In this document: one piece after another, positions 1-8,438 of the stretch
Numbering within the stretch: position 1 is the stretch's first letter
How the letters are laid out: each line of letters begins with the position of its first letter
IMG/VR virus record: IMGVR_UViG_3300050026_000481
Location: 1 to 64,000 of that record
Strand: one strand, 5' to 3'
DNA: 64,000 bases
Source: a virus
Notes under the pieces: generated by a model
What the model was told of the DNA's origin: nothing
The model's input: only the letters and a program-made list of their open reading frames with translations
The model's database searches: none
Made by a program: the position numbers and the translations under genes

Positions 1-1
1 G

Positions 2-1561
2 ATAGAAACCTCAGAAACTATCACACTTAGCACACCCCCCAATGTAGCTGCTGCTACTGTCGCTATAACAAAGGATTTAGCAGTCACACAATCAACTCCA
101 TCAAACGTAGCCGCTGCTACTGTCGCTATAACAAAGGATTTAGCAGTCACACAATCAACTCCATCAAACGTAGCCGCTGCGGTTGTCGCTGCAACCCAGA
201 CGCTAGGCGTCACACCACCCCCCCAAAATGTAGCAGCAGCGACTATTGCACCATCGGTCGTACCACTATCTGGGGGCGCCGCATGGTGGCCGCAGGTAAC
301 GGTCCCAGACTGTTCAAGCAAATCAATTGGTGTTGGGAATGATATAACAGTTATAAACGCGGCCCCGACGGGTCCAACGTATGATGGAACGGCAAGTGAA
401 AACCTGTATGTTACTGAACCGTCAACGGCAACAGCATTTGATTTTTCCTCGCCGACAGGGACCGGAACTGAGTACGTACGCATCCCTTCAGCCGCAGGGA
501 TTGATGACTTACAACAGCTCACGCTTGAGTTTATAGTATATTACCGCGACGGAAATACCGGAAATTGGCCTTTCTTATGGGATAAAAGCCCGTTGCCGAA
601 TAGGTGGTACATCCGCGCAGTGGATGACCCCCTAGGGGAATGGTCAGATAGATTAGAGTACCACCTTGAATGTACTGGTAGCGGTTCGTTTGGCAACGGA
701 TATCAATACTTTACACCCGGTTTTAGTTTCGTTCCTGGGGGTTTTTATTACATTCAGATAACCCACGACAGGTCAGATGTAAGTAACGAACCAGTGATTA
801 AAATAAACAACGTCAATCAAGAGTTAACCCAAAACATCGATGGTGCCCCCGCCGCGTTATACGATGACACTGGTTTTGATATGTACCTTGCCAACTGTGC
901 GGAAATCCAGACCTGTGGTTTGGGTGTTGACTTGCTATTATTCCGCATCCACGATGTAGTACTTACCGATGATGAGCTCATTGCTAACTTTAACGCGTCC
1001 CGTTGGCGAATGGAAGGAACGAACTGGATACAGGTAACGGTTCCTGGTACGACAAGTGGAGTAACTGCACCGTCATGTGGCGGAACCAGTGTAAGTTGGA
1101 CGCAAGTTACTGTTCCTGATACGACAATTTCCGTTGAAACTTTTGAGGATATACGTGTAACATGGATGCAGACCACGACCCCCGCCACCACGAGCGCGGC
1201 AACTGCGCCAGAAGACATGATTACCGGTTGGGTACAACTAACCACCCCAACCACTACGAGCGAGGCTTTCGCTCCTACTCTTAGCGGAGTAACGGTAACG
1301 TGGACGCAGACCGTAGTTCCAACCACTAGCAGCCATTCTATTAGTGTTGCTACACAGGGATTGAGTATCCTCGAGCGCGTGCAGGCGACCATGCCCTCTG
1401 AAGAGTACCGTGTGGGAGATTATAGTATTGAATCTGCACCACGGGTAGAAACCAGAAATACCGATTCTACTGAACGTATAATCACTGAATCCCCAGCGCA
1501 GGAGTTCCGTATTGAGAGTGAAATCCCCGTAATAAGAATAACGTGCGAACTGGATGAGTGA
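2..1561 (+). CDS. 5'-truncated virion protein with Thr/Val-rich repeats and a LamG/concanavalin-like domain
   Basis: The frame of ORF 593..1561 is open back to base 2 (IETSETITLSTPPNVAAATVAITKD...). LamG-like segment YVRIP...LTLEFIVY...FRIHDVVLTDDELIANF; C-terminal W-x-Q-V-T-V-P repeats. Confidence 0.6.
   Translation: METSETITLSTPPNVAAATVAITKDLAVTQSTPSNVAAATVAITKDLAVTQSTPSNVAAAVVAATQTLGVTPPPQNVAAATIAPSVVPLSGGAAWWPQVTVPDCSSKSIGVGNDITVINAAPTGPTYDGTASENLYVTEPSTATAFDFSSPTGTGTEYVRIPSAAGIDDLQQLTLEFIVYYRDGNTGNWPFLWDKSPLPNRWYIRAVDDPLGEWSDRLEYHLECTGSGSFGNGYQYFTPGFSFVPGGFYYIQITHDRSDVSNEPVIKINNVNQELTQNIDGAPAALYDDTGFDMYLANCAEIQTCGLGVDLLLFRIHDVVLTDDELIANFNASRWRMEGTNWIQVTVPGTTSGVTAPSCGGTSVSWTQVTVPDTTISVETFEDIRVTWMQTTTPATTSAATAPEDMITGWVQLTTPTTTSEAFAPTLSGVTVTWTQTVVPTTSSHSISVATQGLSILERVQATMPSEEYRVGDYSIESAPRVETRNTDSTERIITESPAQEFRIESEIPVIRITCELDE
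50..175 (+). repeat. Perfect 63-bp tandem duplication (2 copies, 21 aa AATVAITKDLAVTQSTPSNVA)
   Basis: 50-112 is identical to 113-175 by direct reading; in frame within the first CDS. Confidence 0.9.
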
Positions 1562-1575
1562 TAAGGAGAAAAAAG

Positions 1576-1986
1576 ATGACAGACGACTTTACAATATACC
1601 AAGGCGTGGATGTTACCCCCTATTTTGTCGTAAACGACAACACAGGCAACCCCGTTGATTTAGCCGCGTGGAGCGCCGCTACGTGGGTTGCAGACCCGAT
1701 GGACAGTACCAACCCAGTAATTATAAAACACCAAGCGGCTATGACACTCGGAACGGACCCCGAGGACACCTCAGATGTTGAGAACTGTATATTTGTCCCT
1801 ATACTCGCGGCAGACACCGGGGTAGCCGCAGACGTGCAGCAGTACCGGCATGAACTGCGTATCACGTTAGATTCTAAACAAATAGTAGTATACCCCCCCA
1901 CCGGTACGACCGCGACGTTTTTAGTACTTACAAGCTTAACGTGGGACTCCGAGGCTGCAAATCCGAGAGTCCCTAGTGGAGGATAA
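1576..1986 (+). CDS. Virion structural protein, BppU N-terminal-like Ig fold
   Basis: FTIYQG...DNTGNPVDL...YRHELRIT pattern; AGGAG RBS before ATG 1576; similar to 18270..18935. Confidence 0.45.
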   Translation: MTDDFTIYQGVDVTPYFVVNDNTGNPVDLAAWSAATWVADPMDSTNPVIIKHQAAMTLGTDPEDTSDVENCIFVPILAADTGVAADVQQYRHELRITLDSKQIVVYPPTGTTATFLVLTSLTWDSEAANPRVPSGG

Positions 1987-1995
1987 TGATTAAAG

Positions 1996-2448
1996 ATGGA
2001 TGAATTTGACAAAATGGGTGATATTCCGGTAATTGTGGTCGAACCGGAAAAACCCGAACCGAAAAAAGCTAAAAAAGTAGAAGTAAAATCCGATATGCAG
2101 ACACTGGCAGACCGTATGAAGGAGAAATTAACCAGTGGTTTTATTTCCCTCGACCGTTCAGTGTTTCCGCATGTGGAATTTTCGAGCGGCGATTTTGGAG
2201 ATTGCGATTTATCTTTCAGTGATGCAAAGCAAACCGAAGTAAAAATACGATGCTATGTTGAGAAAGGATTTGAAAGTGTTTCGCGTTTGCGCAACCTGGC
2301 CACACAAGTGCAAAACGCGTTGAAAGGAAAATGCACCGTAAGCGGATATTCCGTTGATATACAAAATTCAAAGGGATACACCTATAGCGGGGCAGGTAAG
2401 CGGGTTTCCACGCTCGTTTGGCGTGTGACAATCCATAGAATTAATTAA
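1996..2448 (+). CDS. Putative tail terminator / tail completion protein
   Basis: Lies directly before the tail tube gene; FPHVEF...VKIRCY...LATQVQNAL pattern typical of DUF3168/gp17-like proteins. Confidence 0.45.
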   Translation: MDEFDKMGDIPVIVVEPEKPEPKKAKKVEVKSDMQTLADRMKEKLTSGFISLDRSVFPHVEFSSGDFGDCDLSFSDAKQTEVKIRCYVEKGFESVSRLRNLATQVQNALKGKCTVSGYSVDIQNSKGYTYSGAGKRVSTLVWRVTIHRIN

Positions 2449-2466
2449 AAATAGGAGAATAAGATT

Positions 2467-3015
2467 ATGACTGTAGCTCAAAAAAGCAGCGCAGTAAACT
2501 TCCTTAATGGGCGGTTTACGCGATTTTATATAGATACAAGCGAGGATGGCAGCACCCCCAATGTGGTGACTAGCCCCACATGGACAATAATTGGAGGCGA
2601 CCTTACTGGTAAATGGACAATAGACCCCCAGCTTGAGGATTTCACGACTAAAGACAGTGACGCAATTGTCTATTACCCGACGAGGTACAAGTGGAACGGT
2701 TCGTTCGACTGCAATTACCTTGACGACGACGCTGGACAACAGTGGATACGTGCAGTTGCGCTCTCTGTTGGACAACCCAACCCCATAAGCCCCGCACTAG
2801 GGCCTACGTGCAGAATTGCATGGAGAATCCAAGAGAACATCACGGGCGCTCCACCCTTAACTGGCACCCCAGAGAACCAAGCACACATGGTCGGCATGGC
2901 AGCGTTCAAGTGCGATTTTGACATGACGGACGCCAAGATGGGCAAGATGACGGTAACCTTCACAGGCAGCGGTGCTATTGACCTCGCAACTGACCCTGGA
3001 ACAACATACGCGTAG
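2467..3015 (+). CDS. Major tail tube protein
   Basis: 182 aa; DFTTKDSD...WNGSFDCNY...MTVTFTGSGAI motifs of siphovirus tube proteins; precedes the chaperone and tape-measure genes. Confidence 0.75.
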   Translation: MTVAQKSSAVNFLNGRFTRFYIDTSEDGSTPNVVTSPTWTIIGGDLTGKWTIDPQLEDFTTKDSDAIVYYPTRYKWNGSFDCNYLDDDAGQQWIRAVALSVGQPNPISPALGPTCRIAWRIQENITGAPPLTGTPENQAHMVGMAAFKCDFDMTDAKMGKMTVTFTGSGAIDLATDPGTTYA

Positions 3016-3030
3016 TCGGGGGAACTAAAA

Positions 3031-3462
3031 ATGGCAGATACACACGTATCTCTCTCGGCAACACAAGTGATAAACACGACGTACCAAGCGGCTATGGCGA
3101 TTGGAATTGTCCCAAACCTTGCTACGGATTCCTGCGGCACGTCTACGGGCGATAAGTTCGTTAATACCGGAAGAGAATTTGTATACATAGCGAATGGTAG
3201 TGGGGGGAGCTCTTATCCTTTAGTAGTCAGATTCAGCGACCAAAGCGTTTGCACGCATGGGTTTGACCACGACGTGGTTACCACCGTCGCGGCAGGAACC
3301 GCTAAAATGCTAGGGCCGTTTCCCGTATCATGGTTCACAAAGTCGTGTCTCATCGACTACGGGCTTGTGGGTGACGGCGAGAGTGTAGCAAATAAAGGGC
3401 AGTCCCCTAAAATAAGTGTTTTCCAGTTACCTGCAATGTCCCCAGGACCAGGGCAGGGCTAA
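3031..3462 (+). CDS. Tail-associated protein (paralog A)
   Basis: Shares NTGREFVYI-NG...F-DQS-C-H-F-HDVV...GPFPVSWFT with 3479..3943. Confidence 0.55.
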   Translation: MADTHVSLSATQVINTTYQAAMAIGIVPNLATDSCGTSTGDKFVNTGREFVYIANGSGGSSYPLVVRFSDQSVCTHGFDHDVVTTVAAGTAKMLGPFPVSWFTKSCLIDYGLVGDGESVANKGQSPKISVFQLPAMSPGPGQG

Positions 3463-3478
3463 ACTGAGGTGAAAGAGA

Positions 3479-3943
3479 ATGTCAGTACCAACTACACAAT
3501 ATACGGTGGGTAGCACACTTTACACATTCACCGAAGTCCCGGTACAGCCGATAACAACGACGTACAACGCAACACCGTCTCTCGTCGGACTCACACCGGA
3601 TTTGAGCACGACCTCTGTTCTAATAAGCGGGTCTACCGGCAACTACTTCGGAGAACCGATAACGGCGGAGACACATCTGCTGGACAACCGGAACACGGGG
3701 CGGGAGTTTGTGTACATCGTAAACGGCGCAGCAACGCTCACCGTTACCTTTGTTGACCAAAGCCTCTGCGACCACGAATTCGAACACGATGTCGTTGCCA
3801 CTATTCCAATAAGTGGCTCAAAAATGTTCGGACCTTTTCCAGTATCGTGGTTCACGAGCAAGGTGTTGATGTACTTTAGCGGCGCTACGACCGCGAAGAT
3901 TGGTGTCTTTAGATTACCCACACAGGGCGCAGGACACGCATAA
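3479..3943 (+). CDS. Tail-associated protein (paralog B)
   Basis: Paralog of 3031..3462; GAGGTGA RBS upstream. Confidence 0.55.
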   Translation: MSVPTTQYTVGSTLYTFTEVPVQPITTTYNATPSLVGLTPDLSTTSVLISGSTGNYFGEPITAETHLLDNRNTGREFVYIVNGAATLTVTFVDQSLCDHEFEHDVVATIPISGSKMFGPFPVSWFTSKVLMYFSGATTAKIGVFRLPTQGAGHA

Positions 3944-3951
3944 TTGACTAT

Positions 3952-3980
3952 GGCGCGCGACGTAGCGCGCCCTTTCTTTA
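3952..3980 (+). terminator. Hairpin plus T-rich tract, putative terminator
   Basis: GGCGCGC-gacgta-GCGCGCC followed by CTTTCTTTA. Confidence 0.45.
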
Positions 3981-4010
3981 TTCCGAAACAGAGAGGTAAA
4001 AAAGATAGAG

Positions 4011-4475
4011 ATGGCAAAAGTTAAGAACCCTAGACACGGATTCGTTGAAGTTGAAATCGACAAGGACCGCAAGTTTTTAGATATCGCAAAGAATGAGAAA
4101 ATCTTTTTGAAGTACAATTATAACGCAATCGGCGATGCTGATAAGGAGATGAAGGCGTACGGCGGTTCGACACTCCTACTCTTCACAAACCCCAGAGCAA
4201 TCGGCACCGACGACGTAAGGATTTTGCTCGGAGCGGGGCTAAGACATCAGTTCCCAGGCATTACCACAATACAAGCAGGGGAAATAATGGAGTATGAAAA
4301 GTTCCCCGATGTACTTGTTAAGGTAATGGAAGCACTATCCTACGCGATGGAAGGCTGGTTCGACGGCGAAGCGCAGCAGGATATCAAGAACATGCGCGTG
4401 CGGGCGGTGGCGATAGATGGGCAAGAAGAAGAAGCAGCAGAAGGTCAAGAAGAAAGGGCAAAAGGAAAAAACTGA
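4011..4475 (+). CDS. Tail assembly chaperone (gpG-like)
   Basis: Between tube and tape measure; LKYNYNAI...ILLGAGL; ends G-K-N-stop on a slippery site. Confidence 0.75.
   Translation: MAKVKNPRHGFVEVEIDKDRKFLDIAKNEKIFLKYNYNAIGDADKEMKAYGGSTLLLFTNPRAIGTDDVRILLGAGLRHQFPGITTIQAGEIMEYEKFPDVLVKVMEALSYAMEGWFDGEAQQDIKNMRVRAVAIDGQEEEAAEGQEERAKGKN
4466..4472 (+). other. -1 programmed ribosomal frameshift heptamer A AAA AAC
   Basis: GGA AAA AAC TGA; the -1 frame is open (LRFNFKNLLEVACGPLNLTPAEFWELMPFEF...) and runs into ORF 4550..4954. Confidence 0.8.
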
Positions 4476-4954
4476 GGTTCAACTTCAAGAATCTTCTTGA
4501 AGTTGCCTGTGGCCCCCTAAACCTAACCCCCGCCGAATTTTGGGAACTAATGCCCTTTGAGTTTGTATTGCTCTACGAAGGCTACACAGCGCGCGAGAAA
4601 ACAGCCGATTTCCGCGCGGCGTGGCAAACTTCGTTAATGATGAATATGTGGAAGGATGAAAAGTCACCAGCGATAACCGTCAGCGATATCCTGCCGTGGG
4701 TTCCGAACGAACCAGCGAGAACGGAAACGAAAAATAAGAGATTAGAAGCGGTAGGAGAACGGGAAAAAGTGGATGGATATAGCAAAGTCATAATTGACTA
4801 TGCCGCGCTGACTGGCAAGGATTTGGATACACTTACGCCAGAGGAAGTATCAGCGTTTGAAACTGAAGCTATAAACTTTTCCGTCGCATCGCAACTCAAC
4901 GCACCAGGGTTTAAGATGTTTGAACGGAAAAAATACGGGAAATTCCCTGATTAG
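4472..4954 (+). CDS. Tail assembly chaperone frameshift extension (gpT-like part of gpGT)
   Basis: LTPAEFWELMPFEF motif typical of gpT segments; -1 frame relative to 4011..4475. Confidence 0.7.
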   Translation: MRFNFKNLLEVACGPLNLTPAEFWELMPFEFVLLYEGYTAREKTADFRAAWQTSLMMNMWKDEKSPAITVSDILPWVPNEPARTETKNKRLEAVGEREKVDGYSKVIIDYAALTGKDLDTLTPEEVSAFETEAINFSVASQLNAPGFKMFERKKYGKFPD

Positions 4955-4957
4955 AAC

Positions 4958-5140
4958 ATGCACCACGCAACCGCTAAAACTGTACATCATGCAACTGTTA
5001 AGGCAGCACACCACGGAGCGGTTGCCCCCTACGTGAAACCCACCGCAGTGCATCACGCGACGGTAAAAGCGGTACACCACGGTACTACTACTAAACAAAG
5101 CGCGGCAAAGCCGATTATTAAGGTTAAGGTGAAGAAGTAA
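4958..5140 (+). CDS. Small basic His-His repeat protein, unknown function
   Basis: Fills the gap between gpGT and tape measure (3 nt after one stop, 1 nt before the next ATG); five HH repeats. Confidence 0.55.
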   Translation: MHHATAKTVHHATVKAAHHGAVAPYVKPTAVHHATVKAVHHGTTTKQSAAKPIIKVKVKK

Positions 5141-5141
5141 A

Positions 5142-8100
5142 ATGGCTGGTATAAATGAGATAATGGTGGCCATAACCGGCAATGCCACTGGTTTAAAGGC
5201 GGCGCTAGGCGAAGCTGAAACAAGTACAAGTGGCTTCGCTTCTAAGCTAGGCGGCATCGGCAGCATAGCCGCCGCTGGTCTTGGTGGTGCAGCCGTAGCC
5301 ATCGGTGCGTTTGCCTTGAAGAGTGCTTCGGATGTCGGTGGCGCGTATAAGACTATTGAAAAGCAGACAGGTGAAACTGGGACTGCCCTTACTGCACTTA
5401 AAGGTAACTTTAATACCGTATTCTCAAATGTTCCTGAAGATGCAAACACTGTAGCTACAGCCCTAAGTGATGTCTACGACAAGAGTGCAACGCTTAACGG
5501 CGGGGTAAAACTAACCGGCCAGGGACTCGACGACCTAACTCAGAAATTCCTTAATTGGTCGCGTATTAGTGGCGTGTCGGTTACTAGCCTAGTTGATGCA
5601 ACAACCGCGTGGGGTGGCGCGTGGCACATGACCTCAGCGCAGGTCAGCGACTCGATGGATGAAGTAGAAAAAGCATCACAGGCGACGCACGAGGATGTCA
5701 GCACCCTCACAGCCGACTTACAGAAGATGGGCCCCGCGGCTACACAATTAGGATTATCATTCAAAGAAACTACCGCCGACGTTGCTGGGTTTGAAGAAGC
5801 AGGATTGAAATCCACTAGCATCACCTCCGCAATGAACAAAACGTTTAGTGATGCTACTAAAGCTGGTAAAGACGCGCATACTGAATGGGAACAGGATATC
5901 GATACATTAACGAAATATACAACCGCCGTCCAAAGCGGTAATAAAGCGCAAGCAGAAGCTATAACAAAAACATCTGATTGGAAGCAGGTTACGACTGACT
6001 TTTCAGCGAGGACGCTTACTCAATTAGTCACCGCCGTCGGCGAAGGAAAAATGAGTGTCGCCGACATGAACAAGATGCTGGAGAATAGTTCGGGGGACAT
6101 CAACAAGACGGCTTCCGATACTATGACGTTCGGTATGAAGCTTGACGAGTTCAAGAACAAACTAGAAACTGCGTTCGCGCCGTTGGGCATAAGTATAATC
6201 AATATATTAACGAGCTTCCTTAATATTCTTACTCCGATTATTCCTGTTATAACTGCTCTAATTTCTGGTTTTACCTCGTTACCGATGCCCATCCAGGGAG
6301 TTGTCATGGCCGCCGGTTTGCTCGTCGGCGGCCTCGGCGCGCTTAATCTTGTGCTTGGTAAGTTTAATATGAGCATCACAAAGTTACCGGCCGATATCCA
6401 AAAGGTTGCCACCGCATTAAAGAACTTAGACGTAAGTAAAGTCACGAGCCTTTTAGGTATGGGGGGCAAGGCAGGCGGAACTGGTGGATTCGACAGCATG
6501 CTGCAGACCGGCGAAGGGGCGGCCGTGGGCGGCGAGGGTGCCGAAGGTGGGATGCTTGCGAGTTTAGCCCCCGCATTATTACCGGTTATCGCAATAGTAG
6601 CCGCTATCACCGCAGGGTTTGCTATTTTATATGCCACATCTAAAACGTTTAGGGATATGATAAGCGGCGTTGTTACTACGCTACAAAATGTACTAGGTTG
6701 GGTCCAGCAAATCGCTAGTGCGCTGATGAGTGGGAACTTCTCTCAAGCAGGGGACTTACTCAAGCAGGGGTTCCAAGGCGCGATTGATTCAATCAAGAAC
6801 TTCGACTTCGGCGCGTGGGCCGGTAAGATGGTGACGTCGATTCAAGAGTCCGCTGGAACTATCGGCGGCATCCTGATGGGTGCGTTTGATACTCTGAAAA
6901 ACATTGATTGGGGTGGAATCCTTTATGGGATACTTACCGCGATTGATAACCTCCTTACTCAAGCGATGAATTTTGACCCTACATCTCTTGTTAATAATCT
7001 TATTGACGCTATAGGTGGTGCGTTCGATTCTCTATTCGGCGGCGGCAGCGGCGGAACGGCGGGGGCAAAGGCGTCTACGGGGATATCCGGCGGCTTAGGG
7101 AAAGGAATGGAAAAAGCGGGTCCGGACATACTCGGCAAACTTGGGGATGTGTTTGTTAAGCTAGTTGCACTACTCCCGACGATATTTATGAAGGTCGGAA
7201 TAGCGCTCGCCACCGCACTCGGAAAGGTTGATTGGGGTGCCGTATTTGGAAAATTAGGTGAAGCCATCGGTAACGCACTCGGTGGGATTGGGGATTACCT
7301 TTCAAAGGTAGATTGGGGGACCGCAATCTTGGGGCTCTTTAAAACGCTTACAAACGCAGGAGGGTCATTTTTAACCGCGATACTCGCGTTGTTCAGAACA
7401 GTCAACTGGCTTCAAATATTTACACTTATATTCGTTACTATCGCTTCATTCGGACAAGCGATAGTTAAGGGTCTATTAGCGGTTGACTGGGGTAAAGGAA
7501 TTGCGGCGTTATTAACCGCAATCATGAACCTTGACTGGGGTGGTTTCGCTAAATGGGTATGGGGTGAACTCCAACTCGCTATAGGTGCAATTGTCAAGTG
7601 GCTTGAAGGATTAGATTGGGGTGGGTTTGCTAAGTGGGTATGGAACCAACTCCAAATAGAGATAGGTAAGATTATTGCCTGGATTGAAGGTTTAGACTGG
7701 AAGGGGTTCGCTAATACAATTTGGACTGATATTCAAGATGCGCTTAAGGATTTCGGAAGCTGGTTACTCACGGCTGCTGAGAATTTCTTTAGCGGACTTC
7801 CTGGAAAAATCACTAGTGCTATAAGTGGATTTGGTGCTTGGCTGATGTCCGCCGCGGCCGGTTTCTTCGGCGGTCTACCTGGAGCAATCACGAGTGCTAT
7901 AGGTGGATTTGGAAACTGGTTACTTACCGCCGCCGACGGCTTTTTCACTGGACTTCCCGGAAAAATCACGAGCGCTGTAAGTGGCCTTGGTGCTTGGTTA
8001 ATGACTGCAGCATCGGGCTTTTTCACCGGCATACCTGGGGCATTTTCAGATGCGATAGGGAAGGTCCACGTTACGCTTGATACAACCGCCCCCTTCCTTC

Positions 8101-8429
8101 ATATCTCAACTGCGGCAGGCGGGGGACTTGTAAGCGCAGTACCTGGAGGTGTGCCGGTTCTCGTAGGTGAGGGGGGGGCTCCTGAAGCAATAATACCACA
8201 AAGCATGTGGTGGGGTGTCAACCCCGCAGTACTGAACGCCTTACCCAAGTTCGGCGGCGGGGGGGTTATTGGTAACGTGTCAACTTCGGCGGTGACTACG
8301 CCGGGCGCGGCAGGTAACAGCGGCAACCAAAGCGTATACTACAACGTTTATGTGACCGTCGATAGCGAAAACGTCACGAACAAAGTATTCCAAGCTATCA
8401 GAGAATTGGAAAATTATCACCATTTATGA
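5142..8429 (+). CDS. Tail tape measure protein
   Basis: 1095 aa, Ala/Gly-rich and helical, with DWG and 22-aa periodic repeats, C-terminal VLVGEGGAPEAIIP; follows the chaperones. Confidence 0.92.
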   Translation: MAGINEIMVAITGNATGLKAALGEAETSTSGFASKLGGIGSIAAAGLGGAAVAIGAFALKSASDVGGAYKTIEKQTGETGTALTALKGNFNTVFSNVPEDANTVATALSDVYDKSATLNGGVKLTGQGLDDLTQKFLNWSRISGVSVTSLVDATTAWGGAWHMTSAQVSDSMDEVEKASQATHEDVSTLTADLQKMGPAATQLGLSFKETTADVAGFEEAGLKSTSITSAMNKTFSDATKAGKDAHTEWEQDIDTLTKYTTAVQSGNKAQAEAITKTSDWKQVTTDFSARTLTQLVTAVGEGKMSVADMNKMLENSSGDINKTASDTMTFGMKLDEFKNKLETAFAPLGISIINILTSFLNILTPIIPVITALISGFTSLPMPIQGVVMAAGLLVGGLGALNLVLGKFNMSITKLPADIQKVATALKNLDVSKVTSLLGMGGKAGGTGGFDSMLQTGEGAAVGGEGAEGGMLASLAPALLPVIAIVAAITAGFAILYATSKTFRDMISGVVTTLQNVLGWVQQIASALMSGNFSQAGDLLKQGFQGAIDSIKNFDFGAWAGKMVTSIQESAGTIGGILMGAFDTLKNIDWGGILYGILTAIDNLLTQAMNFDPTSLVNNLIDAIGGAFDSLFGGGSGGTAGAKASTGISGGLGKGMEKAGPDILGKLGDVFVKLVALLPTIFMKVGIALATALGKVDWGAVFGKLGEAIGNALGGIGDYLSKVDWGTAILGLFKTLTNAGGSFLTAILALFRTVNWLQIFTLIFVTIASFGQAIVKGLLAVDWGKGIAALLTAIMNLDWGGFAKWVWGELQLAIGAIVKWLEGLDWGGFAKWVWNQLQIEIGKIIAWIEGLDWKGFANTIWTDIQDALKDFGSWLLTAAENFFSGLPGKITSAISGFGAWLMSAAAGFFGGLPGAITSAIGGFGNWLLTAADGFFTGLPGKITSAVSGLGAWLMTAASGFFTGIPGAFSDAIGKVHVTLDTTAPFLHISTAAGGGLVSAVPGGVPVLVGEGGAPEAIIPQSMWWGVNPAVLNALPKFGGGGVIGNVSTSAVTTPGAAGNSGNQSVYYNVYVTVDSENVTNKVFQAIRELENYHHL
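7530..8040 (+). repeat. Degenerate 66-bp (22-aa) repeats in the tape measure gene
   Basis: LDWGGFAKWVW x2-3, then FF(S/G/T)GLPG(K/A)ITSA(I/V)(S/G)G(F/L)G(A/N)WL x3-4. Confidence 0.75.
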
Positions 8430-8438
8430 GGAGAAATA

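Noticed and set aside
4850-8326. Long minus-strand ORFs opposite the tape measure and other structural genes
   Set aside because: They are shadow ORFs of Ala/Gly/Thr-rich sense genes, with no RBS, promoter or protein motifs.
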